The notes under the pieces: generated by a model
The model's database searches: none
The model's input: the letters and a program-made list of their open reading frames with translations, nothing else
What the model was told of the DNA's origin: nothing
Position numbers and translations under genes: made by a program
Part shown: piece by piece, positions 34,057 through 47,537 of the stretch
Numbering within the stretch: the first letter of the stretch is position 1
Layout: the number at the start of each line of letters is the position of its first letter
From: Penicillus capitatus
Taxonomy: Eukaryota > Plantae > Chlorophyta
DNA: 64,000 nucleotides
Reading direction: 5' to 3'
NCBI GenBank assembly: GCA_965649825.1
Contig: OZ287698.1
Span: 1,131,949-1,195,948 of the forward strand

Positions 34057-35150
34057 TCAAAACTGTGGCAGTCGGTTCTGAAGCGGCATATGCTTGTTGG
34101 TGTACGGTTTCCGTGGCTTGTACATGATGGTTGTCACGTACTTTGACTGATACCTCTGTGTTGTCCCCAGCACCAATGCATCAATATTCTACAAACCCAT
34201 CCAACACGCACTCAGAGAAATGCATGACGCGACAAGCCAAACACACAGGTGAATCTCTCTGAATATAGATGTGATTCAAAGTCACATGCCATGGCCGCGG
34301 AAGGGATTGCTGTGTATCTCCATTTGATGGGACGTTTAGGAGTGTATACTGCAAGTGTGCTGGAGCAGTTGGCGGCTCCTTCGAAAAGTCCACCTCATTC
34401 ATTTCTTCACAATTGTAACTGCAGAAGATCACAGGAACTCGGATAACATCGAACAACGGAGACCAATGGATCCACAAGACCTTTCGCGTGGCGATGGTGG
34501 TGGGTCAAATCCAGCAAGTCCTCCCAAATTCTCCGGTACAAATTCTCTCACTTCAATGACATTGTTGACGTTGCCAGCTTCGTCGTGCATGGCTGCTTGA
34601 GTTGGATCGTATTTCCATTCGTCATCCACAATAAATTTGTACTGATGGACGTCATCATGATGAGCAAACCATCGATGCTTGGAGAGACGAAAGATTTTGG
34701 TATACTTGGTAGACGCCTGGAGGTAAGAGTTTCACGACCGTGAAATTGCGTCCCGTGCGCTGCAGAGGATGCCGCGTGGTCCAGTTGTCAAACGACCCCT
34801 CTATTGCCACCTCGTTGCCACCGTGATTCCCTGTCACGGCTGTGTCAGCCAGTGCATCCAGCGCCGGGCAAGCTTACAGACAATCATGGTCGGTACAAGC
34901 TTCGGTTGTGTAGCGAATCCCGCGACGTCCGAGATGTCTTCGGGCTTAGGGGGCGGCTCCATTTGAGTATGTGCGCTATACAGTAGAGGCGAGCCGGGAA
35001 TCGTTTGCGTTGGACTCGTGGCGTGGCTGCCGCTCTCCGAGGAAACTGCGGTCGGCTCTTCGTTGCGTCGCCTCGAGGTGTGACTCGGAGTGTTTCCCTG
35101 TACGTACAAACAACGAGCATGCATGGTAACTCCCGTCGATCTCTTACCAT
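34057..35150 (-). CDS. SnRK1/AMPK beta regulatory subunit
   Basis: M|GNTPS myristoylation start; CBM HGGNEVAIEGSFDNW...YKFIVDDEWKYD; ASC domain KEPPTAPAHL...HVTLNHIY...GTTQRYQSKYVTTIMYKP. Confidence 0.95.
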
Positions 35151-35240
35151 GACCTCAGCTTCGATGGTTCAGTCTCCGTCGTGCGACGCGTCGTATATTC
35201 CGTACGTCGTTAAAATACGTCGACGAAAACGACGTGTTCG

Positions 35241-38139
35241 ATGGCGGAAGGCAAGTCGACTGTCGAGTCAAGAATGGAGCAGCGTGAGTCTTCCCGAGCG
35301 GCGTCGGACCCCATCGACATGACCGGCGCCAAAATCGGCGAAACGCGTCCAGATAACGACGCCAGTACGCTACACACCTTTGCCGCTGTCGCGAGGGTGC
35401 GTCACTTTGTCGGTGTGATTAGCGGGAAGAAGCGCACCCAGTATTATCCTGCCTTATCAGAAGGCGGGGTACATTAATCATATCGCGATCGACATCGGCG
35501 GATCGCTGGTAAAGATGGTCTTTTTCTCAAACGAACGCACTCGGGCGTCGCTTGAACTATTGGAAGGACGACGAGGGTGGTCGCGATCGCAGAGACACGA
35601 CGTGGATGATTTGGGAGGAAAACTGCACTTTGTGAAATTTGAGACGGCCAAAGTGCACGATGCTCTGCGTTTTATTCGCGACAAGGGACTGTTGGGCAAT
35701 GAGGAGACCGCCATGTATGGCAAGGCGAGGATCTTGGCAACAGGAGGCGGCGCCTATAGGTTTGCCGAACTGTTTTTAAAAGAACTGGATGTGGTACTGG
35801 AGAAGAAGGATGAATTCGAATGTCTCGTGGCAGGATGCAGCTTCCTTCAAGCTGCCATTCCGGACGAATGTTTTACATTTCTCAACGGAGAAGCCACTTA
35901 CCAAAAAATTCATCGTACCTTCTCTCACACTCTCTCCGCTTCTGACTCCTCTGTGTCTCAGCTTCGAAGACACTCTATCCTTATCTCTTAGTGAATATTG
36001 GCTCAGGGGTGAGCATTATGAAAGTGGATGACGAGAAGACGTTTACGAGAGTAAGTGGCAGCAGTTTGGGCGGTGGGACATTCTGGGGACTCTGTCGACT
36101 GCTTACGGGCGTCAAAGGATTTGATGAGCTGCTGGAGTTGAGTATGAAAGGTAACAGTAGCAACGTCGATATGTTGGTGGGCGACATCTACGGTGGTCGC
36201 GATCTGCCAGAGATTGGATTAGCAGCAGATATCACAGCCAGTAGTTTTGGCAAGGTCATTGGCCAGGATAAAAAACTGGCAGATTATCAACCAGCCGATC
36301 TGGCACTGGCACTGTGCCGGATGGTGTCCTACAATATCGGACAGCTGGCATACATGAATGCCATTCGATTCAATCTCAAACGTGTCCTTTTCGGAGGGTT
36401 CTTTATCCGGGGACATGCTTATATAATGGAGACCATCTCATTTGCCATTCGATTTTGGTCAAAGGGGGATATGCAAGCAACTTTCATGCGACATGAAGGG
36501 TATCTCTGTGCTGTCGGTGCCTTCCTTAAAGTCCATCCGATCGAAGAGAAGGTCCGGATTTGCTCCCTGATGAAACATAGTAGTCTAAGGGATCGATTTA
36601 AAGAAGTCTATGCAATGGGGGCACCTTACTCAGGCAGCATCAAAGGACCTGCCATTCGGGATATTCTAGAGAAGGTCTCGTGGGTCGAGAAGTTTGTGCA
36701 AGCGGGAACAGCGGCGCGAGATTCTGGTCAGAATCATGCAAGCACGGCAAAGGCGTTGCCGCTGGATGAACCGCTGTTGGATGTGATGCCGACGTCCTTA
36801 ACAACATCAAAGCCCCTGGATCTTCATGTCGGCGTTCTGCATTTCCATCCCTCTCTGCAGCCATTTCCTCTGCTGCTCAATCCAGAAGAGTACGAGCCCA
36901 ATACCTCGGACATCCATCATTCCAAGAGTGAACGTCTCTACTGGCTACAAATTCTGCACGACCAGACGAACACCGTGGCGAAGAAAGCTGCATCGAGTGA
37001 AGACAACACAGAATCTGCACAGAGAAGAGCGCACGCATTCTCATGCTCTCTGACGGCACACCTCGACAGAATCAAGAGCGAACCGGCCTCTTATGGAGTA
37101 AAGGGACTAGCAGAACTCTTCGAGATGCGTGAGTTGTGTCTACGCGAATTTGGTTTCATGGACGTTTACAAGTAAGTTGTCTCGTGGTGAAAAAGAATAC
37201 TGATTGCCTTGCCGTGCGTGTAGAGCGGATAAGATGCACGAGAATGAAACGGCCATGCAGGTTCTGCCTGATCTCCTACTAGACTTGGATACGATGGAGC
37301 CCAGTGTCCGTCTCTTGGCTCTGATTCAAGGTGTCCTGGCTGCCAACATCTTCGACTGGGGATCTCGTGAATGTGTGGCAAAGTACCAGGATGGTCTCAT
37401 CCTCTCGATCTACAGAGATGCCAGAGAACGTCTCTCAAAACGTCCTTGGCGCGTGGACGATTTCGACAAGCTCTCTGCGCGATGGTTGAGATGCGAAGAA
37501 GGAAAAGATGGTCCACCGTATCGCCGTGTGCTCATCTTTGCGGACAATGCCGGAGCAGATATCGTGCTCGGATTGATTCCTCTTGCCCGAGAGCTTCTTC
37601 GAATGGGATGTGATGTCGTCTTTGCGGCCAATACTCTGCCTGCCATCAACGACATTACGGTCGAGGAGCTCGTGGATGTTGTCGAAGAGGCTTCCCAGTA
37701 TTGCAGTATCCTCTCTTCTGCCTGGAAGGCCGGAAACCGCATTCGTGCTCGTAACAGAGGCAACATTCCGCCTTTCGAGAACAGCCAAGATCTCTCAGAT
37801 TTCGGCTCCTCAAGCGAACATTCCTTTCCGGAAACCCCCGCTGGACATACAGCGGATGAACCAACATCTCGCCTGTTCGTTGCGGATAGTGGTCAAGTGA
37901 GTCCGTGTTTGGATTTGAGATGCGTTGGAAGCAACGTGGCGCGAGCAGCAGTGGGAACAGATCTCGTGATCATCGAAGGCATGGGTCGCGCGATTCATAC
38001 CAATCTCAAAACGCAGCTCAAATGCGATTGCCTTAAACTTGCCATGATCAAGAATAAACATCTGGCGAGTTCACTTTTTGGAGGAGATCTCTTTGATTGC
38101 GTCTGCATCTACGATACCAAACCGAAAGAAGATGTCTGA
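35241..38139 (+). CDS. PANK2: Pantothenate kinase 2 (PanK + DUF89 phosphatase fusion)
   Basis: AIDIGGSLVK, ATGGGAY, VNIGSGVS, SSLGGGTFWGL and ASSFGK; DUF89 motifs AANIFDWGS, FADNAGAD, EGMGRAIHTN and LAMIKN. Confidence 0.96.
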
Positions 38140-38197
38140 GATGTATCCTATGTTCGGTGGTCGGATAATTGCGCATTTTTGAATTGGCGTCATTGCC

Positions 38198-39788
38198 ATG
38201 TTGATCCTGCAGGGACGACCGCCTCTCGGACATCGTCATACACAACGTCTCGTTTCGTCTCCTGGACGCAAACGGCGTCTTCGTGTACAAACGGGCGGTT
38301 TTGCTGGATGCCGACGACGCGTCTGTCGCGTCAAGGCGTCGTCGGCTAAGGACGCCGATGCGTCGCAAGTTCGCGTCGTGTTGGGGACGCAATGGGGTGA
38401 CGAGGGTAAGGGGAAACTCGTCGATATCATCGCTCAGCAAAGCGACGTCGTTTGTCGAGTGCAGGTCGCGTCACATCACTCTGCTCCGATATCCATCCAT
38501 GACTGTGCGATCTAGGGCGGTGCCAATGCCGGTCATACGATCTACGATCCTGCTGGGAATAAGTTTGCACTTCATGTCATCCCGTCCGGAATTCTGAATC
38601 CCAAAGCGCGCTGTGTGATCGGCAATGGCGTCGTGGTCAACATCCCAAGCATCATGGAAGAGCTCGAGACCATTCAGCAACAGAACATTACCTTAGAAAA
38701 TCGCCTCTTCATTTCGAACCGGGCACATGTCTTACTGGATCTGCACAAGGAGATCGATGGATGGCGTGAGGCAGAGCTGGCAGGAAAGAAGATTGGAACG
38801 ACGAAACGCGGCATCGGCCCTGCTTACGCTTCTAAAGCAAATCGACTTGGACTTCGCTTCTGTGATCTGAAGAATCCAGACACACTGAAATCAAAGGTCA
38901 AGGCCATTGTGGAGGATGCAAAGAAACGATTTGAAAGCGTAAGCAATGATGTGTTGGAGAAGGAACTCGATCAGCTGTTCCGTCTACGCGAACACATTCT
39001 GCCATTCGTGGCCGATTCGATCACGCTTGTGAACAAAGCATTCGATCAAGGGGAGCGGATTCTGATCGAAGGCGGTCAGGCAACGATGCTGGATATTGAT
39101 TTCGGGACCTATCCGTACGTCACATCATCGAATCCTTCCATCGGCGGATGCATCAGTGGACTTGGATTGGCGGCCAGCAAGATCGGAAGTGTAATTGGTG
39201 TGACGAAAGCGTACACGACAAGGGTGGGTGCGGGACCATATCCGACAGAAATTTTTGGCGATTTGGCGGATACGCTGCGAGAGAGCGGTGGTGAGTATGG
39301 AACCACGACAGGTCGACCCAGACGTATCGGCTGGATGGACATCACAGCACTAAACTACGCCTCCAAGTGCATCATCATATGATCTGAAAAGAGTGAGAGA
39401 TCTAGTTTGTAGGATCAATGGAGTGACAGCCATCAATTTGACCAAACTGGATGTTCTCTCATGTGTGGACGAGATCAAAATCGGCATTGCTTACAAAGAC
39501 GCTTCAGGAACGGAGCTGCAGTCCGTGCCACCCGATTTGGAGACACTAGAGTCGGTGGAAATCGTCTACGAGACGCTTCCTGGATGGCAGAGCGACATTT
39601 CGCAGATACGTGCGTGGAAAGATCTTCCACAGAATGCACAGAATTATGTGAACCGCATCGAGCAGCTCACAGGTGTGCCTTGTGTATGGATCGGCGTTGG
39701 ACCTGGACGCGATGCGATGGTTATCAAGTCTCACGAGGATCGATCCCTCGATGCAGCGCTTACAGAACGGTCCGTTCAGAACGTTTAA
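38198..39788 (+). CDS. purA: Adenylosuccinate synthetase, plastid-targeted
   Basis: [70 protein letters not shown] and TKLDVL. Confidence 0.97.
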
Positions 39789-39857
39789 TGATGTATAATG
39801 ACGATGCATGATTTGTGAGATCTCTTGTCTCTCAATAAGATCCAAGAGTGCTCAAAT

Positions 39858-40312
39858 ATGTCGTCCACGATGACCACGCGTCGAACTGCGGTCGCTTCTC
39901 TGGGAAACGCAGAGGGATTTTTGAATCTATGGTCTGTATAGGTCACCGTGCGCTGCGACAGCGCACCGCGTCCCATGCGGCCGTCCTCAGGCGCAGTGTC
40001 GAATCGCACGGGACGCCGGGAGGCGCTTGGTTACGTAGCGACAGGTAGTATCTGTCGAGATGGCCTGCGACGATGCGCATGGGGTGTTTAGTTGTGACGG
40101 GAGGGATGCTGTTCGCCGCCCAACGTGCCGAAGCGTTGAAAGTGCCTTATCAAGAGAGCATTATCGGTGAACGTGATAAGACGAGTCCGTCGGAGCAGTC
40201 GATGTCCGCTTTCGACATGGAGGGCATCAAGAAAGGCGGTCTATCGGGAAAAGAGAAGGAGAAAATATTGGCACAAGTACGGGAACGTGCACTCGGTAGT
40301 GCAAGTCCTTGA
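39858..40312 (+). CDS. Small putative thylakoid-lumen protein with twin-arginine signal (2 introns)
   Basis: MSSTMTTRRTA|VTVRCD...GRREALGYVAT|VVTGGMLFAAQRAEA-LKVPY...SAFDMEGIKKGG; bipartite transit peptide with RR and AxA motifs. Confidence 0.7.
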
Positions 40313-40615
40313 TCTGCCCGTCATTGTTTTGATTTCGAGAAGAACGGACCGACAGATCCACGATCTGCTCAAAATGAACAGTGCTCTGATCCATCTGATC
40401 CGAAACACAAGCACATGTCGTATGCTTTTTGATCGCATCTCTGTCAGCGTGGCAATTCCCATTCTCACACTTCATACTTACATAGCTCGGCGATGTGACA
40501 GCTAAAAGAATGATCAATAGAGTGAGAAAGAAGAATAGGGTAGGTGTCCTCGGAAGGATACGCGTTCTGAGAAGTGCATCATGTTGGGGAGATCGACGTG
40601 AAGGCCGATGGTGTT

Positions 40616-43600
40616 TTAGATGTTGCTGGAATCCGTCTCTCGTTTCTTCGTTGCCGTGGACAGCACGGCCTCGAGTTCGGTTTTGAGTCGATGGACGTCG
40701 TGTGTTCTGTGCTCGAGTTCATCTGCGAGCTGCTTGACCGACGTTCCCCATTTCGATCTCTGTCCTTCGCTACTGCTCCCCAGCGAAAGGCTGTGCTCTT
40801 CCTGTGTCTCTACAGAATCCGTCGTAGAGGCGATCTGCTGCTTGAGTCCTTGTGCGTCTTCGTGAACGTGCGCAGCGAATGACTGCAGACAGCGACTCTT
40901 CGCATCCAAGCTATGCCATAGAGGGTTTTTACGACGGATCTCGAAAAGCAATGCCTACTCGTGCAGTAATCGATCCGTGTGCTCACTCCGAAGACGTGCG
41001 ATCCTTTCGGCCTCATTGTATCGGACGGTATGCGCCTCCAAAGCTTGTCTTAACTCAGCATTGTGGTCCTGTCCATACATACATGACGTGACTAGAGAGC
41101 TAACCCATCGCGAGAGCTGTCGGTGTACATGTAAGCACTCTACAGAAGAGACAGCACTGTTTAGCTCCTTGGCCTTCCAATGCAGTTCTTGCTCCAATTC
41201 TCTCCTCCGTTCGCTCTGTCGGCGAATATGCCGCTGTAACTGCATCGTTTTGTTGTCCATTGCCTCGAGTTCTTTTTTCATATCATCCTCTGTCGACGAC
41301 GCTTGGTGCAGTCGATTGTAGAGTCGGCTGATCTCGGCATTCGATGCTGTATTGCGGCGTTCGAGCTCGTCGATTCTCGCCTCAAACTTCGTCACTGCGC
41401 CTTGCATCTGGACGAAACGCAGCTGTCGCGTTTTCTGTACCGCTCTGCGAACGATAGATGCCTCTCAGGATGAAATGCGTGCGCCTGTTTTGGTGCACAC
41501 CTTGACCATAGGCGAAAGGCAGAAGCCACTGACTGCCGGTTTCTTTGGACAGTTTGATATCGATTCAATGCGCAGGCTCTTTTTGAGCGGAAGAGCGTTC
41601 TTTTCCATGCCTCGAAGCAACGCGCCGCGATTCGATGACGACGCGAGTTCTTGAGTCGGCCCATGAAAGCGAGGACGGCCGCATGCAAGAGGCAGCTGTG
41701 TGTCAGCCGACACCAGCTGGCATGTATTCGCTGCCTTAGAAGATTTCTAATGAGCGTTTGCCGTTCTGCCTCACCCCGTGTCCACCAAAGCTCACTGGAC
41801 CACGTTTGCATGACCGACTTCAAAACAACCTCTACACCGCACACAAGGTATCGTATCCCGATCTCTTGATCGGCGATGTGGGACTTCTGTGCTTTTCTGA
41901 AAGAAGATCTCGCAAGCGCTCCAAACGCGTCTTCTCTTCAATGATCCACTTCCAACTCGCCAATGCCTTTCTTTCTAATAGGAGAGAGCGAAACCGAGAT
42001 CGCTTGTTTTCCAACGCAATGTCCAATCGTGCTCTCTTCGTTTTCATTTTCCAAACTTCAAGCGCAAATGCAATGACCCACTTCCTACCGATAACGTCGA
42101 GATTCAGCTTTCGATGTCGATGAGCCATGTATTCCTGCGTCTTTTCTTCAGCCAATGCAAGGAATGGCGAGAAGCGACGCGTACTTGCCATTGGCGAAAT
42201 GCAAAGCAGATCTTGTTTCGCCGCCGAAGTCGCCAGAACTGATCCATCAAACGCCTGAGCGCATTCTGCCGGCATCCGAATATCCTCCAAGATGTCATCG
42301 CTCGTCGATACAACACTCTCTCATACACAGCACGACTCCGTATCCACATTCGTCGCTGATAAACCACACAGTGCGTTCACATATTAAAAACGCGCTTCTC
42401 ACTTTCGGCCGAGCTCGGGTGGCTATCCACAGTCGCCATGAGTCCACGGCCTTCTGCGTCAGAAAGGTAAAGGCCAGATGGTCGGCAGCTGTACATCGCT
42501 CTTCGTCGAAGTCGCTATCCACTCGAGCAGCAAGCATGTGTTTTCTCCAATAACCGAAAAGGCCTTTCTTCGCACTGCGTTCCCAAACGACGTACGCCTT
42601 TTGCTCTTTAGCTTTCTCCTCCCTGAAAGCCGCACAATCGTCTGGTATTTCCGATGACTGAAGACAACGTCGCACTTTTGCTGCTTGAAGTACTGGTACC
42701 ATTTCGAAACAGCCACTTCCTGTCGTCGCTCATCGGACTGTCTCCGCAACAGACGAAGTTTCTATGAAAAGGCATGACCCGTGTGTTCGACCGAAAACAG
42801 GTGTACGTAGGTCCTGTCGATGACTAGTGTCCACTGAAGGAAGCACCTGCGATACTTCATGGCTGACATAAAGATATCTGCCGCCTCCATCTGCTGTCGC
42901 TCTTTTTTGGCATTGGCACAAGCGACGACGAAAGACGGAAAGATCCTCTTCGTTAAGCATCGCTCAAATCGCTTTTCTCTGAAACGCCATAAATCTCGCA
43001 GGCGTCGGCGAATCCGGAAGAAGAGGCCACGAACATGAATCTTTCTTGTTGTGCATGGTCGATGTAGCTTTTAAGCTGCGTTTCGTAGCGACTTATGATT
43101 TCCTCACATCGTTCGAGGTTCTCACGCAAAGTTGTCTCCCGCGAAGTCTGATCGCGTTCCTTCTGTCCACACCGTGACAAGGCGTATTGCATTCGCGTTG
43201 TCGATGCATTAGCTTCCTACACAGTTATCTAGCAGAAGATGAGGCACAGGGCGATTACTCCTAAAGCGGCGTTGAGGCGATCTCGATCTCTCTCGACGAA
43301 AATCATTCGTTCTTCCACTTCTTTCAAACGCCTTTGCGCATTTTGGAGTGTTTCTCTCAGGCTGTACTGTTCGACACGAAACGCATCTCTATCGGCTCTG
43401 TCCGAAACGACGACGGAATAGGATGCCGGCTCTCTCTTGATCCTGTTCCAGTGTTCTTCCGGGGTTCTTTTCCGAGGCGTGGCCAGATCTTTTCGTCGAG
43501 GATGTGGCCGGAGCGCATCTGACGATAGACGGAGTGCATCGTTATAGCTCAATGTGTTTTGTTTCGCCATCTCCATGGTTTGGCTGTCTTCATTACTCTG

Positions 43601-43777
43601 CGTCTGTCTCGCATGTGTACCTATCGTCAGTTCTTGGTCGTCACTGTCATAGAGCTGTGGACGTAGAGTGTTGGTGGAATTGAGTAATCTTTGTGTTTGT
43701 CGTGCACCGTCGTCTTTTCTTGATCTTCGTCTCTCTTTTCCGGGTATCGCCTGATTCAGCGATTCTTCAATCGACAC
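40616..43777 (-). CDS. SFI1/POC5-like centrin-binding repeat and coiled-coil protein (many exons; approximate)
   Basis: Periodic Trp-containing repeats (KGLFGYWRKH, KAVDSWRLWI, RAMTSWRIF, RCFEAWKR, SAFRLWSR) followed by a long coiled coil. Confidence 0.55.
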
Positions 43778-43872
43778 ATGGCCTCCGTGCTCTTCGCCGA
43801 TTCTTGAATGCGTCTATTTAACTACTCGACGTTAGGAACGCCGACCGCCGAAACGCGCAAAGGACACGCACA

Positions 43873-45330
43873 TCAAAGACAACGCCGACCACTGCCTTCT
43901 GCATTCCGTCTTTTTCTTTGGCGCTTTGGCAAAGCGGTGACGATGGCAGCCTTTCTGTTAACGAAGAGCACAATCAGCGGGTGTGCTTTCTGGGAATGTC
44001 CGAAGACGCAGTCGTGCGTACTCGGTGAGGATTCTAACCCTGGAGGCTGCGTGGCTGTGCTCGCCACCTTTCTCTCCTGACCCATTTCTTCATCACGCTT
44101 GTGGACGCAATTCGCTGAGCGGTGTCGATCACATACGTCCGTCTTCCTCGGGTCATTTCTGCACACGATCGATAACGAAGCAAAGACAGACGACGATCGC
44201 ACTTCTCGATCGGTCGCTGTGTTTCCGAATGAATGTTCTGGTGCATTTCGGCCATTTCCACCGACCCAGATCGCCCACAGAGGCCTAGTTCTTTGGCAGA
44301 CATCGCCACGTCGCCGGTCTTCTTAACGACGTCGGCCAATAGTGTTGACAACTGATCTTGCTGCCGCGTCAAAATCTATCTGTGCATCATTCTCTCCATC
44401 GAGACGCCATATAAGCACTCTACCTGAACAAACGCCCTGTCCCACGTCTTGCTTTCACTCATCCCGTCAGATCCACCGCCATTGATCGTCAGACGGAGGT
44501 ATTGAGCATAAGCTTCCCGTTGAAATCGTTGATGGAGAAGTTGAATATCCTACCAAGGGACAAATCGCCCCTCCGAGTCTTTCCATCTCAACGACACACC
44601 GCAGTCGTCAGGGACATTTCGTACTGCCACTGTCTGAGAAAGAGGACAATGTCCATCTCCTTGGCAACAGGGCGATGGACTTGAAGAAAATGAAACACGG
44701 GGTGTCCACCAAAGACGACACGTCTCAGTTCTTCGTGCAAGGATAAAAGCCAAACGGCACGGTTCTGACAGGCAATCTCAAAATAGCGCGCACGAAAGAG
44801 GGCACACCATTTTGTGCAACAGTGCGTCGTTGTGGATCAGAATGGCCATGACGCTCCTCTCTTTCTCAATGGACTGATTGGCAACATCGCGTTCTTCTGC
44901 TTCAATCTTCTGCCCGTCTAGCGTTTGGAGCGATGGAATGCGCTGAATCACGTGGTTCTTATAGTTTGGCAGTTTGCTCATTGGACATCCCACGAAAGAA
45001 ACGTGTCTAAGTACTGGATTCGTCGTGCGCAGCGCATTTAGAATCTCGAAATTCGATAGGGGATTGTGATTTGCCGACAGAGTGATGAGGCTGGGGAACT
45101 GTTCAATACCGTCCAACGACGTCAGACGATTCTGACTGATATACAGTACCTGCAAAAAATCAATCACTGTCTGAAGAGAGCCCGCCTGACACAGCAGACC
45201 TTTGCTTTTTGATAGGGCTCAGGCAAGACATCCATGACACCGATGCCTTTGTCGACGACCGATATCTTCGTGTAAGTAAAGAGACGAGGATAACAGCGAA
45301 ATGCCTTGGACAGTGAAGTGCCCTTTTGCA
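43873..45330 (-). CDS. U2A'/SDS22-type LRR + LRRcap protein with C-terminal coiled coil (5' end unresolved)
   Basis: VLYISQNRLTSLDGIEQFPSLITLSANHN...PMSKLPNYKNHVIQRIPSLQTLDGQKI. Confidence 0.7.
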
Positions 45331-45902
45331 GCCTGTCCGATCACAGACTTCAGGAATATCCGATAAGTGCAAGAATCGCATGCTTTGTCGGTCGTAGAGA
45401 CGTCGATGTCGTCGTTGCTGCAAGGACGCGCTGCAACTGTTGTATATATGTTGCGCTTTGGATGTCGCCTATGCGGACGACGAGCCCGCGATGATCGTTC
45501 TCCGTTTCTTCTACCGAATCTTCCATGCCATCGGCGCATCGACTGGAAACCTGTCGCTTCGGCTTCTCGGCCAGTTTACGCACAGCAGATCGAGATGTGT
45601 TCGACGACCTGGACATCGTCCATATCTTCTTATTCTTGTTGATCGATTTCTGTCGCCAAGACGGACGATCCGTCGTATCGGGCACACATGTGCGTCGTGC
45701 TTGCCTGTGGCGGAGTTTTCGAAGCTCTGGTCGCCTTTCTGTTGGCAAAGATGGCACTGTATCCTGTTGTCGTCATTTCAAATGGTCAAATCACGACGTC
45801 GCTGTCAAGGATAGGTCGTTCAGGGTTGGATGACGGGAGACTGACGCGTTTTTCCGTGTCGGCTTTGCCTCGTCGTTTCACCACCACCCACCTCTGCTCG
45901 CC

Positions 45903-46530
45903 ATGCTTCGCGAGGAAGATACGGCGTTCTTAGCTCGTTTCGCGTCTAAGGACAAAAACTGCACTTTCCGTACCGTTGAGCAATTGCGGTGTCGCACGGA
46001 AATCGATAAAAATGGAGTGCCGCAGCGAAAATGCCACCGACTGCTGAAGAAATTTAAGGAGTGTCCAGGCTTGTAAGTTACCCTATCCACTAAACGGCCT
46101 TTCCTCATCGTCTGGCGCCACAGACCGACTGAAATCATTGAACACGTCGAGAAAGACGTCAATCCGGGAAAAGGAGTAGAGGAGGGAATTTTCTCGAGCG
46201 AGTGCGTTTATGCCACGCGTGATATCCAAACGCGACGCGTGTTGTCGGACAGGGATGTTTTTGCAGATGTGGGTTCCGAAATGGAATCCATGTTTTCTCG
46301 AGTGTTGGGAGCATCTGACGGGAGATCTGTTTCACCGGGGGCTGACAAGAGAGGCAACAAATCTTTTCGCCAGAAGCTTGGTGATTATTTTGCATGGGAG
46401 CGAGACTGTCACACAAGAACAGGCATGCATCCCTCCCATTCATCGCCACAGGACACATGTGTGTGCCTGTCTAGCGAAAAAACAATATCCCGAATGGAAG
46501 CAGTTCGAAGGTGATTTCCAAGAAATCTAG
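45903..46530 (+). CDS. Mal d 1/Fra a 1-associated-protein-like (2 introns; second is GC-AG at 46423-46474)
   Basis: CTFRTVEQLRCRTE...RKCHRLLKKFKECPG|RPTEIIE and terminal GDFQEI resemble that plant family as I recall it. Confidence 0.6.
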
Positions 46531-46716
46531 GCGTTTCGTAGGAAGTCATGTACACTAACTACCACGTTTGCCATAAGTGCTGACTGATGATCGTCGGGTT
46601 TGTCGTCCTTGTTGGCCGGATGCAGAATGGCGTGAAGTGACAGAGAGGACGACTGTTATTTCATGATTCTTTAGGAGGGGACCTCGCATATGACACGATG
46701 CCTGTTTTCACGCACG

Positions 46717-47537
46717 TTATTGCGAAAATCTGAGTTCCACAGACAGCTGTGCCAATGCTTCCGTTGGAAGCCTGAGAAATGCATTGAGCAAACGATCTTG
46801 TGTCACAGGGACGCTCGCCACGCCAACCAGTTTTCCACGGCCGTTCGAAAGGGACTGCCCTTCTGCACGAAACGAAACTCCCTGGGAGATACCGGTGGTG
46901 AGGGTGGTTTCGATCTTGAGGGGAGGGGCTCTATAGAGAGTGCCAATGGAGAAGAGGAACAGAGCATCGAGTTTCAGCTCTGCTGTTCCCTTCTCCACAT
47001 CCACCCATCCCTGCACATATGGCCCATTGACAACGATCTGCCTGCATGTTCAGCAGAGAGAGACCTCGAGGCACTTCGTTTGCACATCGATCTGCAGTGG
47101 ATGGGGTAGTGGAATTCCAAGGACTTTAGCTGTCCTGAAATTTAGAGGCGGGATGTCAAGTGCCGATGGACTGAATTCTACGCGAACGGCAGACCCGCTC
47201 TCTCCTGGCAAAATTCTACCTTGGCCTCCTGCTCCGATAGCATTGTATGAGAAGCTGGGATATATGGAGACGGCCAATTCTGAGACATCCCAGACCCTCA
47301 GATAGACCTAGCTAGATACAATGGAGAGGACAACCCGCAAAGCACACATACTTCCGAGAATGCAGTAGGTTTGTTCGTTCGGTCCTGAGGTAAGCAAGAG
47401 ACGATGATGGATCTCGTCGTCTGTCTAACGGCCTCTCGATTATGTATCGCTGCTAACGACGCTATTCTTGAACTGGGCATCACGTTGGGGCATTCTATCT
47501 GTCGAGCGCGCGAGCGGCATGCCATACAGGCAATCAT
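46717..47537 (-). CDS. Conserved plastid/cyanobacterial-type protein of unknown function
   Basis: YPSFSYNAIGAGG, LDIPPL...VLGIPLP, YRAPPLKIETTLTT and GKLVGVA...FLRLPTEALA; transit-like N-terminus. Confidence 0.7.

Noticed and set aside
27474-35150. SnRK2 and SnRK1-beta within about 5 kb as a signalling cluster
   Set aside because: Five unrelated genes lie between them, and proximity in a dense genome is expected by chance.
45350-45790. Short minus-strand basic ORF(s), with a possible further GC-AG intron (CAG|GCAAGC)
   Set aside because: No conserved protein anchors the splice model, so it was not counted as a gene or among the GC-AG introns.
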